DNA of 64,000 bases from an uncultured bacterium (GTDB taxonomy: Bacteria; Krumholzibacteriota; Krumholzibacteriia; LZORAL124-64-63). How positions within the stretch are numbered: position 1 is the stretch's first letter; the number at the start of each line of letters is the position of its first letter. Location: the NCBI GenBank assembly GCA_963732385.1, contig CAVSZB010000004.1, positions 1 to 64,000 of the forward strand, given 5' to 3'. The position numbers and the translations under genes are program-made. This document shows positions 41,406 through 52,223 of the stretch, in pieces. The notes under the pieces are model-generated. The model saw only the letters and a list, made by a program, of their open reading frames with translations. It was not told the origin of the DNA and made no database searches.

Positions 41406-42701
41406 GTGGGACCGCGAGCGATCCTGTTCCGACTTCTGTCGGTGGCCCTGGCCGCGCTCCCGGTGGCGCCTGCGGAGGCTGCCCTGGTGGCCGCTGTGTC
41501 GGGTCCCGATGGCGAAGCGATGCTGGCGCGGGTGCGTACGCTCGCTGCGGCCCCCCTGGCGGGCCGGGGCAACGGAACGCGGGAGGCGCTGGCCGCGGCT
41601 GATAGCATCGCCTGCTGGTTCACCGCCGCCGGTCTCGCGCCGGGCGGTTCGCCCGGATGGTTCCAGGACTTCACGCTGCAGGGCGGCGACCTTGCCGGGC
41701 GGCCGGGCCGCAACGTGATCGGACGCCTCCCGGGCCGGGGGGCGCTCGCCTCCCGCTGGCTCGTCATCGGCGCGCACTATGACCACCTCGGGCCGGTCCG
41801 GGGCGAAGGCGCCGCCGGACGCTACCGCCCCGGCGCCGACGACAACGCATCGGGGGTGGCCGTGCTGGTCGAGGTGGCGCGGTTGCTCGCCGCCGGCGAC
41901 ACGCTCGATGGCGGTCATCCCGACGCGCGCGCGGTTCTCTGCGTCGCCTTCGCGGGGGAGGAGGACGGCCTGCAGGGCTCGGCATTTTTCGTGGGCGATC
42001 TGCCCGCCCCGCGCGATTCCCTCGACGCGATGCTCAACTTCGATTCGGTGGGACGTCTGCGCGACGACCGACTCTATGTGGCCGGCGTCGGCACGGCGGC
42101 GGCGCTGCCCGGACTCGTCACGGCGGCCAACGCCGCGCACGGGCTGCACCTGGAGATCAGTCGCGGCGGGTGGGAAGCCAGCGACCACGTCTCCTTCAAC
42201 GCGATCGGCATGCCGGTGCTCTTCCTCCTCACCGGGCCGCACGAGCAGTATCACACCCCGGCCGACGACTGGCCGCTCGTCGCGCCGGAGGGGCTCGTTA
42301 TCGTCGCGGACTTCGCGCGCGATCTCGCCGGCGGGCTGCGCAGCTGCCCCGGGCCGCTGGTCTACACGGCGGTCGGCGAGCCGCCGCCCTCGCAGCGCGC
42401 CCCGGATTCGCGCGGCGGAGGGGGTGGCGAGACGCGTCGCGCCTGGCTCGGTGTCATCCCGGATTTCGTGGAGGGGGCAGGTGGCGTCAAACTGGCGGGG
42501 GTGATGCCAGGCAGTCCCGCGGCGGCGGCCGGTCTGGTACGCGGCGATGTGCTCGTGGCGTTCGCGGGTCGCCCGGTAGCGGACCTGCAGACGTACACGC
42601 GCGAACTGTACGCGCGCGCACCCGGTGACACGGTGACGGTGGAAGTGCGGCGCGGCGCGACGACCGTCACGTTCCTGGTCGCCCTGGCCGCGCGGCGCTA
42701 G
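41406..42701 (+). CDS. Secreted M28 family peptidase with C-terminal PDZ domain
   Basis: IGAHYDHLG, GADDNASG, AGEEDGLQGS, SDHVSF, YHTP; WLGVIPD...GSPAAAAGL; GGAGG RBS with GTG start. Confidence 0.92.
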   Translation: MGPRAILFRLLSVALAALPVAPAEAALVAAVSGPDGEAMLARVRTLAAAPLAGRGNGTREALAAADSIACWFTAAGLAPGGSPGWFQDFTLQGGDLAGRPGRNVIGRLPGRGALASRWLVIGAHYDHLGPVRGEGAAGRYRPGADDNASGVAVLVEVARLLAAGDTLDGGHPDARAVLCVAFAGEEDGLQGSAFFVGDLPAPRDSLDAMLNFDSVGRLRDDRLYVAGVGTAAALPGLVTAANAAHGLHLEISRGGWEASDHVSFNAIGMPVLFLLTGPHEQYHTPADDWPLVAPEGLVIVADFARDLAGGLRSCPGPLVYTAVGEPPPSQRAPDSRGGGGGETRRAWLGVIPDFVEGAGGVKLAGVMPGSPAAAAGLVRGDVLVAFAGRPVADLQTYTRELYARAPGDTVTVEVRRGATTVTFLVALAARR

Positions 42702-42713
42702 GCCGGCAACGGT

Positions 42714-44510
42714 CTATTGCCCTTCCGGGCTGCCGTAAAGCGTGTCGATCACCTCGCCGTACTTCTTTTGCACGACCCGTCGCTTCACTTTCATCGTCGG
42801 CGTCAGTTCGCCCGATTCGAGCGTGAAGTCGTGTTCGAGCACGGCGCACCGCCGGACCTGGCTGAACGGAGGCAGGGTCCGGTTAACGCGCTCGAGCTGG
42901 CGTTCGTACATGGCGATGATGTCGGGGTGTTTCGCGAGTCCGGACAGATCGGTGAACCCGATCTTGCGGCGGTTGGCATACTTCACGAGGTTCTCGAAGT
43001 TGGGCACCAGCAGGCAGGAGAGATAGGGGCGACGATCGCCGATCACCACGATCTGGCTGATGTAGCGGTTGTGCTTGAATTCGCTCTCGATCGGCTGGGG
43101 GGCGATGTTTTTGCCCCCGGCGGTGACGATCAGGTCCTTCTTGCGGTCGGTAATATAGACGAAGCCGTGCTCGTCGATGTGACCGATGTCGCCCGTGTGC
43201 AGCCAGCCCTCCGCGTCGAGAACCTCCCCCGTGGCATCGGGACGTTTGTAATAACCCATCATGATCTGCGGCCCGCGCGCCAGGATCTCACCATCCCCGG
43301 CGATCCGGATTTCGGTGTCGGCCATTGGCTGGCCCACGCTGCCCAGACGCATGTGCTCGAAAGTGTTCACCGACAGCACTGGCGAGCTTTCGGTCAGACC
43401 GTACCCCTCGAGAATGACCATGCCCGCCGCGTAGAAGAACTCGTTGATTTCCAGCGCCAGCGGCGCGCCGCCGGAAACGAAAAAGCGCAGCCGCCCGCCG
43501 GTGCGCTCCCGCACCTTGCTGAACACGATCCGGTCGGCGACATGGAACTTGGTGCGGGCCCACCAGTGGATCGGGAGCTTCTCGCGCTTGTGCTGCCCGT
43601 AACGCTCGCCCTGTCTCTTGGCCCAGAAAAAGATGTGCTTGCGCAGTTTTGGGCCGGCGAGGGCGGTGCCGAGGATGCGCGCGTAGATCTTTTCGTAGAG
43701 GCGCGGCACGCTCACCACGATCGTCGGCCGCACCGCCAGCATGTCCTGGGGGACCGTGTCGACGGCTTCCGCGTACGCAATCCCGATGCCGGCGTGCAGC
43801 ATGAGGTAGAAGCCGGCCATCCGCTCCAGCACGTGCGAGAGCGGCAGGAAGGAGAGACACCGGTCCGTTGTGAACAGGGGCACGCAGCCGGCGGCCGCCA
43901 GCACGTTTGACACGAAGTTGCCGTGCGAGAGCATGACCCCCTTCGGCTGGCCCGTCGTGCCCGAAGTGTAGATGATGCTCGCGAGATCCTGCGGAGCGAC
44001 GGCCGCCGGTGCCGGATCGGCGCCTTGCTCCTGCCGCAGACGGCGGCCTCTCTCGAGAAGTTCCGCGAAGGTGACCGAGCCGCGCAGTGGCGCCGGCTCG
44101 AAACAGAAGATGTGTTCGATGAAAGGCAGCTCGCCGCGGATGGCCGCGATCTTTTCCGCCTGCGCGGGGGTGGAGAGGAACAGGACCGTCGGTCGGCAGT
44201 CCTTGAGTATGAAGGCGATCGTCTCTGGCAGCAGTGTCGGATAGATCGGCACGTCGGCGCCGCCGTTGCCGAGCACGGCGAGGTCGGCGAGCGCCCACTC
44301 CACACGGTTCTCGGAGAGGATCGCCGCCCGGGTGCCCGGGACGATGCCCGCCTCCGCCAGCGCCAGCCTCAGCGCCTGGACCTGTTCCCAGGCGTCGGCC
44401 GAGGAGAGGGGCGCATAGCGTCCCAGGCGATCCTTGCTCGCGAAGCAGTCCGGACGGGGGCGCTCCCGCACGGCGTTGGCCCAGAGTTCGGGGATCGTCT
44501 GCGGGGCCAT
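42714..44510 (-). CDS. fadD: Long-chain fatty-acid-CoA ligase (AMP-dependent synthetase)
   Basis: YTSGTTGQPKG, EGYGLTES, WLHTGDIG, DRKKDLIVTAGGKNIAP, LTPTMK. Confidence 0.92.
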   Translation of the reverse strand: MAPQTIPELWANAVRERPRPDCFASKDRLGRYAPLSSADAWEQVQALRLALAEAGIVPGTRAAILSENRVEWALADLAVLGNGGADVPIYPTLLPETIAFILKDCRPTVLFLSTPAQAEKIAAIRGELPFIEHIFCFEPAPLRGSVTFAELLERGRRLRQEQGADPAPAAVAPQDLASIIYTSGTTGQPKGVMLSHGNFVSNVLAAAGCVPLFTTDRCLSFLPLSHVLERMAGFYLMLHAGIGIAYAEAVDTVPQDMLAVRPTIVVSVPRLYEKIYARILGTALAGPKLRKHIFFWAKRQGERYGQHKREKLPIHWWARTKFHVADRIVFSKVRERTGGRLRFFVSGGAPLALEINEFFYAAGMVILEGYGLTESSPVLSVNTFEHMRLGSVGQPMADTEIRIAGDGEILARGPQIMMGYYKRPDATGEVLDAEGWLHTGDIGHIDEHGFVYITDRKKDLIVTAGGKNIAPQPIESEFKHNRYISQIVVIGDRRPYLSCLLVPNFENLVKYANRRKIGFTDLSGLAKHPDIIAMYERQLERVNRTLPPFSQVRRCAVLEHDFTLESGELTPTMKVKRRVVQKKYGEVIDTLYGSPEGQ

Positions 44511-44656
44511 GACGGGCCTCCCGGGTCGAAGTTTCAGTGGCAAAGGCGGCAGTACGGAATTTCTGCCGCGTACAGAGGAAGTTGACAATGGCTAGCATGC
44601 CGTGGAAAGGTCTGTCAACGCCGTGTCTGGTACGCCCTGTACGAGGAGGTCTGTCC

Positions 44657-45478
44657 ATGTCTCCGTCGCGCGTCCGGATCTCGTTCGCTGTCATGCGGTT
44701 GGCCGCGTGCGTCTGTCTGGTTGTCGCCGGCGGCGCTTTCGCGCCGGTCCTGGCCGGGCCGTTGGCAGACTGTGAAACCGCGTATCTCGCCGGCGATCTG
44801 GCGACTTCGCGCATCGCCGCCGAAGCCGCCCTGGCCGCCGAGCCCCCCGACGTCGCCGCACACTGGATGCTGGCACGCGTGCTTATCGACCTGGGCAACC
44901 GGGAAACTGCCAAGCCGGCGCGCGAGGCGCTCTATGCCGAAGCGGAGAAACAGGCGCGGCGGGCGACTGAGTTGCAGCCGGCCGACACCTGGGGACACCA
45001 CTATCTCGCGGCGTCGCTGGGCAAACTGGCGCTGAGTGCCGGCGGCAAACGGAAGATCCAGCTTTCGAAGGAGGTTCGCGACGAGGCTGACCGCGCCGTC
45101 GAGCTCGATCCCCGCAACGATCGCTCGCTGCACATTCTGGGCCGGTGGAATCGGGAAATCGCCAATCTCAGTCCGTTCCTGAAGCTGGCCGCGAAGGTGG
45201 TCTATGGCGGTGTGCCCAAGGGGGCGAGCAACGCGCAGGCGGTCGAACTATTCCAGCGCGCCATGGCGATCGATCCGGCGCGGCTGAGCCATCGCCTCGA
45301 ACTGGGCGTGACTTATCTGGAAATGGAACGCGCGCAGGAAGCGATTCCGCTATTCCAGTCCGTCCTCGATCTCCCGGCGTGCGAACCCAACGACGGCGAC
45401 TACAAGGCGCAGGCCGCCAAGCTCCTGCCGAAGGCGCAGCGGCTGGCCAAGGAGCCGCCCCGCGACATTTCGCGCTGA
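44657..45478 (+). CDS. Secreted tetratricopeptide repeat protein
   Basis: Signal peptide; helical repeats (AVELDPRND, AMAIDP); GAGGAGG RBS. Confidence 0.8.
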   Translation: MSPSRVRISFAVMRLAACVCLVVAGGAFAPVLAGPLADCETAYLAGDLATSRIAAEAALAAEPPDVAAHWMLARVLIDLGNRETAKPAREALYAEAEKQARRATELQPADTWGHHYLAASLGKLALSAGGKRKIQLSKEVRDEADRAVELDPRNDRSLHILGRWNREIANLSPFLKLAAKVVYGGVPKGASNAQAVELFQRAMAIDPARLSHRLELGVTYLEMERAQEAIPLFQSVLDLPACEPNDGDYKAQAAKLLPKAQRLAKEPPRDISR

Positions 45479-46653
45479 TGGTGTCCGATCCCCTCTCGCC
45501 CCGGTCGGCGGCGGCCCTGCGCCGCCGACTGCTGGCATGGTACGACGAGCAGGGGCGCCGCCTGCCGTGGCGGGAGCGCCGGTCGACGTACGGCGCCTGG
45601 ATCGCCGAGATGATGCTGCAGCAGACAACGGTCGCTGTGGCCGTGCCGTACTGGGAGCGTTTTCTCGCCCGGTTTCCCGATGTGATCGCGCTCGCTGCAG
45701 CGCCGGGGCCGGAGGTGCTCGCGTCGTGGGCCGGTCTGGGTTACTACCGGCGGGCGCGCGATCTGCACGCGGCGGCCCGCACCATCGTGGCTCGCGACGG
45801 CGGACGCTTTCCGGACAGTTTCCGGGCCTGGCTGGCGCTGCCAGGCATTGGCCGCTACACGGCCGGGGCGATCGCCAGCATCGCCGGTGGCGAACGGGTG
45901 CCTGCGGTCGACGCGAACGCCCGCCGGGTGCTCCTGCGCTGGCTTTGCGATTCGTCCGACGAGGCGACCCGCGTGACGTCCCGATCACTGGAATTGGCAG
46001 CGGCGGTGCTCGTTCCCGTGGATCGTCCCGGCGACTGGAACCAGGCGCTGATGGATCTGGCCGCGGCGCTGTGCCGCCCCATTGCCCCGGCCTGCAACGC
46101 CTGCCCGGCGTCGCCCTGGTGCCGCGCGCGCTCTGCGGGCGTGGTGGACCGCGTACCGTCTCCTCCGGCACCACGCCCGCGTTCCTCCGCGCGACTCGGT
46201 CTTCTGGTCGTGCAGCGCGGAGGTGCGCTGTTGCTGCTCCCGCCGGGCGCGCCGCCGCAGATCGATCCGCCGCCAGGGACGGTTGTCAGCCGCGGCGATT
46301 TCCAGACTCTCACGCGTGGTCTATGGGGCCTGCCCTCCTCTCCGTGGTGCGCCGTGTCCCGACCGGACGCCGGCGATGCAGGGTTCGGACGCGACGTGGC
46401 GGATGGCTGGTCGGCGTGGCTGAATGGCGCGGGCGTGCGCGCGGCGCACTTCCGGCAGAGGGCCGGCGTTTTCCGGCACGGGATCACGACGTTCCGTCTG
46501 GATGTCGTCGTTGCCTGCGCCGAGCTCGGGAGGGAGGGGGGCGCGGGCGTCTGGCCGCCGGACGCGGTCTGGTGGGCGCCGGACGAGCCGCCGCCGCCCC
46601 TGTCAGGCCTCGCCCGCAAGGCGCTCAGTGCCGTCGGCTGCGCGCCGGTCTGA
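45478..46653 (+). CDS. mutY: A/G-specific adenine DNA glycosylase
   Basis: EMMLQQT, WAGLGYYRRAR, LPGIGRYTAGAI, VDANARRV, C-x6-C-x2-C-x5-C. Confidence 0.92.
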   Translation: MVSDPLSPRSAAALRRRLLAWYDEQGRRLPWRERRSTYGAWIAEMMLQQTTVAVAVPYWERFLARFPDVIALAAAPGPEVLASWAGLGYYRRARDLHAAARTIVARDGGRFPDSFRAWLALPGIGRYTAGAIASIAGGERVPAVDANARRVLLRWLCDSSDEATRVTSRSLELAAAVLVPVDRPGDWNQALMDLAAALCRPIAPACNACPASPWCRARSAGVVDRVPSPPAPRPRSSARLGLLVVQRGGALLLLPPGAPPQIDPPPGTVVSRGDFQTLTRGLWGLPSSPWCAVSRPDAGDAGFGRDVADGWSAWLNGAGVRAAHFRQRAGVFRHGITTFRLDVVVACAELGREGGAGVWPPDAVWWAPDEPPPPLSGLARKALSAVGCAPV

Positions 46654-46760
46654 GTCGCCGGCAGCCGTTGCCCGGCGGTGCCGACGCGGCTATCATCGAA
46701 CGGGAATGGTCGAATTTCGCTTGCGGCCCCCCGGCGGTCCGCGTCACCCGGAGAGATGCC

Positions 46761-49700
46761 ATGGACAGCACCGCCACGAAGACAACGAGCGGCGCGCGAT
46801 TGCGCTATGTCACGGCCGCCGCTCTTTTCGACGGCCACGATGCCTCGATCAACATCATCCGGCGGCTGCTGCAGCAATCGGGAGCCGAGGTCATCCATCT
46901 GGGCCATAACCGTTCGGTCCCGGAGGTCGTGAGCGCGGTCCTGCAGGAGGACGCCGACGCGGTTGCAATCAGCAGTTACCAGGGCGGGCACGTGGAGTAC
47001 TTCACCTTCCTGCGCCACGAACTGGATACGCGCGGGCTCCGCCACGTGGCGATCTTCGGTGGCGGTGGCGGGGTCATCCTGCCGGGCGAGATCGCGGCCC
47101 TGCACGCCGTCGGCATCACGCGGGTCTATTCGCCCGACGACGGACGGACGCTCGGTCTCGAGGGCATGATCGCCGACATGCATGACCACGCGCGCGCCGC
47201 GCGCAGCGGCCGGCCGGCGGGGTTGCCGGCCATCACGGCCGGCACGGCCCCCGCGGATGACGCGGCGTTCGCCCGTGCGCTCACCCTGGCCGAGGCGGGG
47301 GAGGCGGTCACGCCGCCGGCGGCTGTGGCGGCCCGCGCTGGACGGATACCGGTCGTCGGCATCACAGGGACCGGTGGCGCGGGCAAGAGTTCGCTGACGG
47401 ACGAGTTGATCCGGCGATATCTGACGGCCCATCCGGAGCAGGCGGTGGCGCTGTTCGCCGTCGATCCGAGCAAACGCCGGACGGGCGGGGCGCTGCTGGG
47501 CGACCGCATCCGCATGAATGCGATCCACGACCCGCGCTGCTTCCTGCGCAGTTTCGCCACCCGCGGCGCCCGTGGCGAGTTGAGCGCTGCCGTCAGCGCT
47601 GCGATCGCGTTGGCGCGCGCCTGGGGATTCGACCTGATCCTGGTCGAGACGAGCGGAATCGGTCAGGGCGATTCCGCCATCGCCGAGATCAGCGACATTT
47701 CGCTCTACGTCATGACCAGCGAATTCGGCGCCGCGACCCAGCTCGAGAAGATAGACATGATCGACTTCGCCGACGTCATCGTCGTCAACAAGTTCGAGCG
47801 CCCCGGGGCGGAGGATGCCCTGCGCGACGTGCGTCGGCAGTACCGGCGGGGCCGCAACGAATTCGCGCGGCCCGACGCGCAGCTCCCGGTCTTCGGCACC
47901 GTGGCGAGCCGCTTCAACGACACCGGGGTCAACGCGCTCTTCGCCTGCCTGGAGCGCCTGCTGCTTTGTGCTCGCGGCAGCCGGCCGCTCGACGCAGGGC
48001 TCGCCGGTCCGGCGGGGGAACCCCGCGCGACGACGCAGGTCGGCACTCTGATCCCGCGTCATCGGGTCGGCTACCTGGGCGAGATTACGCGGGCCGTGCG
48101 GGCGCAACGCGCGCAGGCCGTTCGCGACGCCGAGTTGGTGCGGCGCTGCCAGAACCTGGCCGCGGCGCTCGGCGAGCTGGAGGTCGCCGCCGACACCGGA
48201 TCGCGCGCCGCCGCCGGCGCCCTGCGGCGCCATCTGGAGGCGGCGCGGGTCGCGGCGGGCGAGGCCGTGCTGGCGGAGGTGGCCGGCTGGGAGGACCTGG
48301 TGGCCGGAGCCGCCCGGGACGAGTTGGTGTTCCGCGTCCGCGACCGGGAGGTGCGGACCGCCGCGCACACCGTCACCCTGGCGGGAACGCGACTGCCGAA
48401 GGTGGCGCTGCCGGCCCTCCACGATGCGGGCGACCGTCTGCTCTTCCTCCGGCGCGAAAACCTGCCGGGAGCCTTCCCGTTCACCGCCGGCGTCTTCCCT
48501 TTCAAACGCGCCGACGAGGACCCGCGTCGCCAGTTCGCCGGCGAAGGCGCGCCCGCCCGCACGAACGCGCGCTTCCACTATCTCAGCCGTCACGACGAGG
48601 CCAAGCGTCTCAGCACGGCCTTCGACAGCCTGACGCTTTACGGCGAGGATCCCGACCGCCGGCCCGACATCTACGGCAAGATCGGCGAGGGGGGCGTGTC
48701 CATCTGCACGCTCGACGATATGAAAACGCTCTACGCCGGTTTTGATCTCTGCCACCCCAACACCAGTGTCTCCATGACGATCAACGGGCCGGCGCCGGTG
48801 ATCCTGGCCATGTTCTTCAATACGGCGATCGATCAGCAGATCGCCCGGCGAGAGGCGGACCTTGGCCGTCCGCTCACCGGGACCGAGCTTGCCGAAGTCA
48901 CCGCCCGGACCCTAGCCGGCGTGCGCGGTACGGTCCAGGCCGACATCCTGAAGGAGGATCAGGCGCAGAACACCTGCATTTTCTCCACCGAGTTCGCTTT
49001 GCGTCTGATGGGAGACGTGCAGGCGTTCTTCCTCGAACACGACATCCGGAACTACTATTCGGTCTCCATCAGCGGCTACCACATCGCCGAGGCCGGAGCC
49101 AACCCGATCAGCCAGCTCGCCTTCACGCTCGCCAACGGCTTCACGTACGTCGAGGCATGGCGCGCCCGGGGGATGGAAGTCGACGCCTTCGCGCCCAACC
49201 TCTCCTTTTTCTTCAGCAACGGGCTGGACGCGGAATATACCGTTATCGGCCGCGTGGCGCGGCGCATCTGGGCCATCGCCATGCGGGACCTCTACGGCGC
49301 GAGCGAGCGCAGTCAGAAACTGAAGTACCACATCCAGACTTCCGGCCGCTCGCTGCACGCCCAGGAGGTCGATTTCAACGACATCCGCACCACGCTGCAG
49401 GCGTTGATGGCGATCTTCGACAACTGCAACTCGCTCCACACCAACTCATACGATGAAGCCATCACCACTCCGAGCGAGGAGTCGGTGCGGCGCGCCATGG
49501 CGATCCAGCTGATCATCAGTCGGGAACTCGGTTGGGCGCGCAACGAAAATCCCCTGCAGGGCAGCGCCTTCATCGAGGCGCTGACCGATCTCGTCGAGGA
49601 GGCGGTGCTGCGGGAGTTTGAATGTCTCGACGCCCGCGGCGGCGTTCTGGGCGCGATGGAAACCCAGTACCAGCGGGGACGGATCCAGGAGGAAAGCCTG

Positions 49701-50027
49701 CTCTACGAACACCGCAAGCATGCCGGCGAACTGCCGATCGTCGGTGTGAACATGTTCGTTCGGGAGCGGCAGGCCGTCGAGACCGTCGAACAGCTCGTGC
49801 TCGCGCGCTGCGGAGCCGACGAGAAGGAGGCGCGCCTGGCCGATCTCGCCGCTTTCCGGGCCCGCCACGCGACGGTGGCCGACGCGGCGCTGGCGAGATT
49901 GAGCGAGGTTGCCCTGTCCGACGGCAATGTTTTCGCGGAATTGATGCGCACCGTCCGGGTCTGTTCCCTGGGGCAGATCACCCACGCCCTTTACCAGGTC
50001 GGAGGGCAGTATCGTAGAGCCATGTGA
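46761..50027 (+). CDS. icmF: Fused isobutyryl-CoA mutase (B12-binding, MeaB GTPase, mutase)
   Basis: FDGHDAS, GTGGAGKSS, LLGDRIRMN, ETSGIGQG, RQFAGEG, RGTVQADILKEDQ, KYHIQTSGRSL. Confidence 0.95.
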   Translation: MDSTATKTTSGARLRYVTAAALFDGHDASINIIRRLLQQSGAEVIHLGHNRSVPEVVSAVLQEDADAVAISSYQGGHVEYFTFLRHELDTRGLRHVAIFGGGGGVILPGEIAALHAVGITRVYSPDDGRTLGLEGMIADMHDHARAARSGRPAGLPAITAGTAPADDAAFARALTLAEAGEAVTPPAAVAARAGRIPVVGITGTGGAGKSSLTDELIRRYLTAHPEQAVALFAVDPSKRRTGGALLGDRIRMNAIHDPRCFLRSFATRGARGELSAAVSAAIALARAWGFDLILVETSGIGQGDSAIAEISDISLYVMTSEFGAATQLEKIDMIDFADVIVVNKFERPGAEDALRDVRRQYRRGRNEFARPDAQLPVFGTVASRFNDTGVNALFACLERLLLCARGSRPLDAGLAGPAGEPRATTQVGTLIPRHRVGYLGEITRAVRAQRAQAVRDAELVRRCQNLAAALGELEVAADTGSRAAAGALRRHLEAARVAAGEAVLAEVAGWEDLVAGAARDELVFRVRDREVRTAAHTVTLAGTRLPKVALPALHDAGDRLLFLRRENLPGAFPFTAGVFPFKRADEDPRRQFAGEGAPARTNARFHYLSRHDEAKRLSTAFDSLTLYGEDPDRRPDIYGKIGEGGVSICTLDDMKTLYAGFDLCHPNTSVSMTINGPAPVILAMFFNTAIDQQIARREADLGRPLTGTELAEVTARTLAGVRGTVQADILKEDQAQNTCIFSTEFALRLMGDVQAFFLEHDIRNYYSVSISGYHIAEAGANPISQLAFTLANGFTYVEAWRARGMEVDAFAPNLSFFFSNGLDAEYTVIGRVARRIWAIAMRDLYGASERSQKLKYHIQTSGRSLHAQEVDFNDIRTTLQALMAIFDNCNSLHTNSYDEAITTPSEESVRRAMAIQLIISRELGWARNENPLQGSAFIEALTDLVEEAVLREFECLDARGGVLGAMETQYQRGRIQEESLLYEHRKHAGELPIVGVNMFVRERQAVETVEQLVLARCGADEKEARLADLAAFRARHATVADAALARLSEVALSDGNVFAELMRTVRVCSLGQITHALYQVGGQYRRAM

Positions 50028-50147
50028 GAGCCGGCCGCCGTCTTGCCTTTTTTTATATGACCAGGTGCTGCCTGATTTGACTTTACGGCTCCGCTTTCCC
50101 AGCTTTGTCGTCCGGCAGCAGTAGTGTTGACCTAGAAAGGGTGGCTC

Positions 50148-50546
50148 ATGCTTCAGATCACCCGTCAGACAGAATATGCGATTCGTGGTCTGCAGGAACT
50201 GGCGCGACGCAACAGCGACAAGCCGATCCAGCTCAAGGTCATCGCCCAGACCTGCGGCGTTTCTGAGGCGTTCCTGGCCAAGATCTTTCAGATGCTCTCG
50301 CAGCAGGACATCGTGAAGTCCCACCGCGGGGTAAAAGGGGGTTTCTCGCTCGGCCGCAAGCCGGAGGAGATCACTCTGCGCAGCATAGTCGAAGTGTGTG
50401 AGGGGGGCATTGCGCTGAACCACTGCCTGCGTAGCGTCGATCCCTGTGAGCGCCACGAGGATTGTCAGGTATCCGATGCCTGGCGCAAGGCCCAGCAGGC
50501 GCTCGTCAAGGCGCTCGACGAAACGCACCTGGCCGATCTGCTTTAG
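50148..50546 (+). CDS. Rrf2 family transcriptional regulator (three Cys, IscR-like)
   Basis: EYAIRGL, SHRGVKGGFSL, CLRSVDPCERHEDC. Confidence 0.92.
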   Translation: MLQITRQTEYAIRGLQELARRNSDKPIQLKVIAQTCGVSEAFLAKIFQMLSQQDIVKSHRGVKGGFSLGRKPEEITLRSIVEVCEGGIALNHCLRSVDPCERHEDCQVSDAWRKAQQALVKALDETHLADLL

Positions 50547-51671
50547 TCAGCCAGGTCTCCCCGCTTCGCCGGGAGGCTCCTCTCCGGGGGTGCTTCCGGC
50601 GACAGACGGGGTTGATGATTTTTGGCGCTGCCTCAGTTGCCCGCACGCCGCCGCAATCTCCTGACCACCACTCACCCGGATGTATGCCTGCAATCCCGCC
50701 TCCAGGAGCACGCGCTGGAAGGCGAGCACCTGATCAGCCCCGGGCGGCGACAACTGATCGTCGTCGAGCCGGTTGAGAGGTATCAGGTTTATCTTGAACG
50801 GGCGGCGGGCGACGAGAGCGGCGAGCGCGCGCGCCTCGGAGAGATTGTCGTTCACGCCCCCGATCAGCACATAGCCGAGTGTGACCTTGCGCTGGATGCG
50901 GCGGGCGTACTTCTCGGCCAGTTCCAGAAGCTGTATCAGCGGCGTGCGGGCGGAAACCGGCATCAGGCGCCGTCGCAGTTCGGGTGAAGCGGCGTTGACG
51001 GACAGGGTCAGTCCCACCGCCTGGGGCAGTCGCAGCAGTTGCAGAAGACCTTCCCGGTGCCCGGAGGTGGATATGGTCACCCGGCGGGGCGAGAGACCCC
51101 AGCCGTCGGGAGCGGTGAAGACTTTCAGCGCGGCGGAGACCTGCTCCCAGTTGTCGAGCGGCTCCCCCATGCCCATGAAGACCAGATTGAACCCGCGTGC
51201 GCCGAATCCGGGTGGTGGCTGGGCGGCCAGATCGCGGGCCAGGTGCACTACCTGCTCCTGGATCTCGGCGGAAGTAAGGTTGCGCACGAGCCCTCCCCGC
51301 GCCGTGGCGCAGAAGCGGCACGCCATGGCGCATCCCACCTGGGAGGAGAGGCAGAAAGTGAGGTGGTTCTCCATCGGGATGATGACGCTCTCAACGGTGG
51401 CGCCGTCGCGGAGGCGGAAGAGGAACTTGCGCGTGCCGTCCTCGGCTGCCAGGCGCTCGCTCGGTAACAGCCCCTGCAGGTCGTACAGGTCGGCCAGCCG
51501 GACGCGCAGATCGCGCGGCAGATCGCTGAGGGTTTCCCAGTCGAGTGCGTGCGCCCGGTGCAGCCAGAGCGCCAACTGTCGCGCCCGATAAGCTGGCTGG
51601 CCGAGCCGCTGGAGCAGGGGATCCAGCTCGTGCGCCGGCACGTCGCGCAGCAGCGGTTTAAGACCGGCCAT
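50547..51671 (-). CDS. rlmN: Dual-specificity RNA methyltransferase RlmN (radical SAM)
   Basis: DGTRKFL, CLSSQVGCAMACRFC, FMGMGEPL, AACGQL. Confidence 0.95.
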   Translation of the reverse strand: MAGLKPLLRDVPAHELDPLLQRLGQPAYRARQLALWLHRAHALDWETLSDLPRDLRVRLADLYDLQGLLPSERLAAEDGTRKFLFRLRDGATVESVIIPMENHLTFCLSSQVGCAMACRFCATARGGLVRNLTSAEIQEQVVHLARDLAAQPPPGFGARGFNLVFMGMGEPLDNWEQVSAALKVFTAPDGWGLSPRRVTISTSGHREGLLQLLRLPQAVGLTLSVNAASPELRRRLMPVSARTPLIQLLELAEKYARRIQRKVTLGYVLIGGVNDNLSEARALAALVARRPFKINLIPLNRLDDDQLSPPGADQVLAFQRVLLEAGLQAYIRVSGGQEIAAACGQLRQRQKSSTPSVAGSTPGEEPPGEAGRPG

Positions 51672-51821
51672 GGTTCTCTCTCGTGGCGACCGCGACTCCG
51701 CGCCCGCCGTGAAGGTCCCGCGTCGGGCGATCGATCTTGTCTTGACACCTGCGAGTCGTGCCGGTCAAGCTGGTTAAAGGATACGCATCTTCAGTCACGC
51801 GATCCGGCAATGAGGTAAGGG

Positions 51822-52181
51822 ATGACCTCGGCGGCCGCAAGTCTGCTCGCGCTGGGCGATCCAAATCGTCTGGTCCTTTTGCGCCTGCTGCTCGATCGCG
51901 CTCTCTCGGTCAGCGATTTGATGGCGGCCACCGGATTGGGCCAATCCCTGGTTTCGCATCATCTGGCGGTGCTGGTTCGTGGCGGCTGGCTGACCGCGCG
52001 GCGTCAGGGCCGCCGTCGCGTCTATGCCCCGATCATCGCCGGCACTCCCCTCGCGCCGCTGGCGGCCTGGATCCGCCGTGAGATCCCGGCCGCCGGCGCC
52101 CTGCCCTTGACCATCGCGCCAGTCGCTACCCCATTCGAGCGGGGGATCGGCCATGGCGTGCTCGAAGACTGGATGCTGTGA
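51822..52181 (+). CDS. ArsR/SmtB family transcriptional regulator
   Basis: ALGDPNRLVLL, SVSDL, QSLVSHHLAVL, RRQGRRRVY. Confidence 0.88.
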   Translation: MTSAAASLLALGDPNRLVLLRLLLDRALSVSDLMAATGLGQSLVSHHLAVLVRGGWLTARRQGRRRVYAPIIAGTPLAPLAAWIRREIPAAGALPLTIAPVATPFERGIGHGVLEDWML

Positions 52182-52223
52182 TGCGCCCTCGAGGCTGCGC
52201 ATACCTGCGGGAAAGGACCTGCT

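Noticed and set aside
45537..46760. N-terminal extension of the 1496-aa ORF
   Set aside because: Alternative frame over mutY; IcmF homology begins at ATG 46761.
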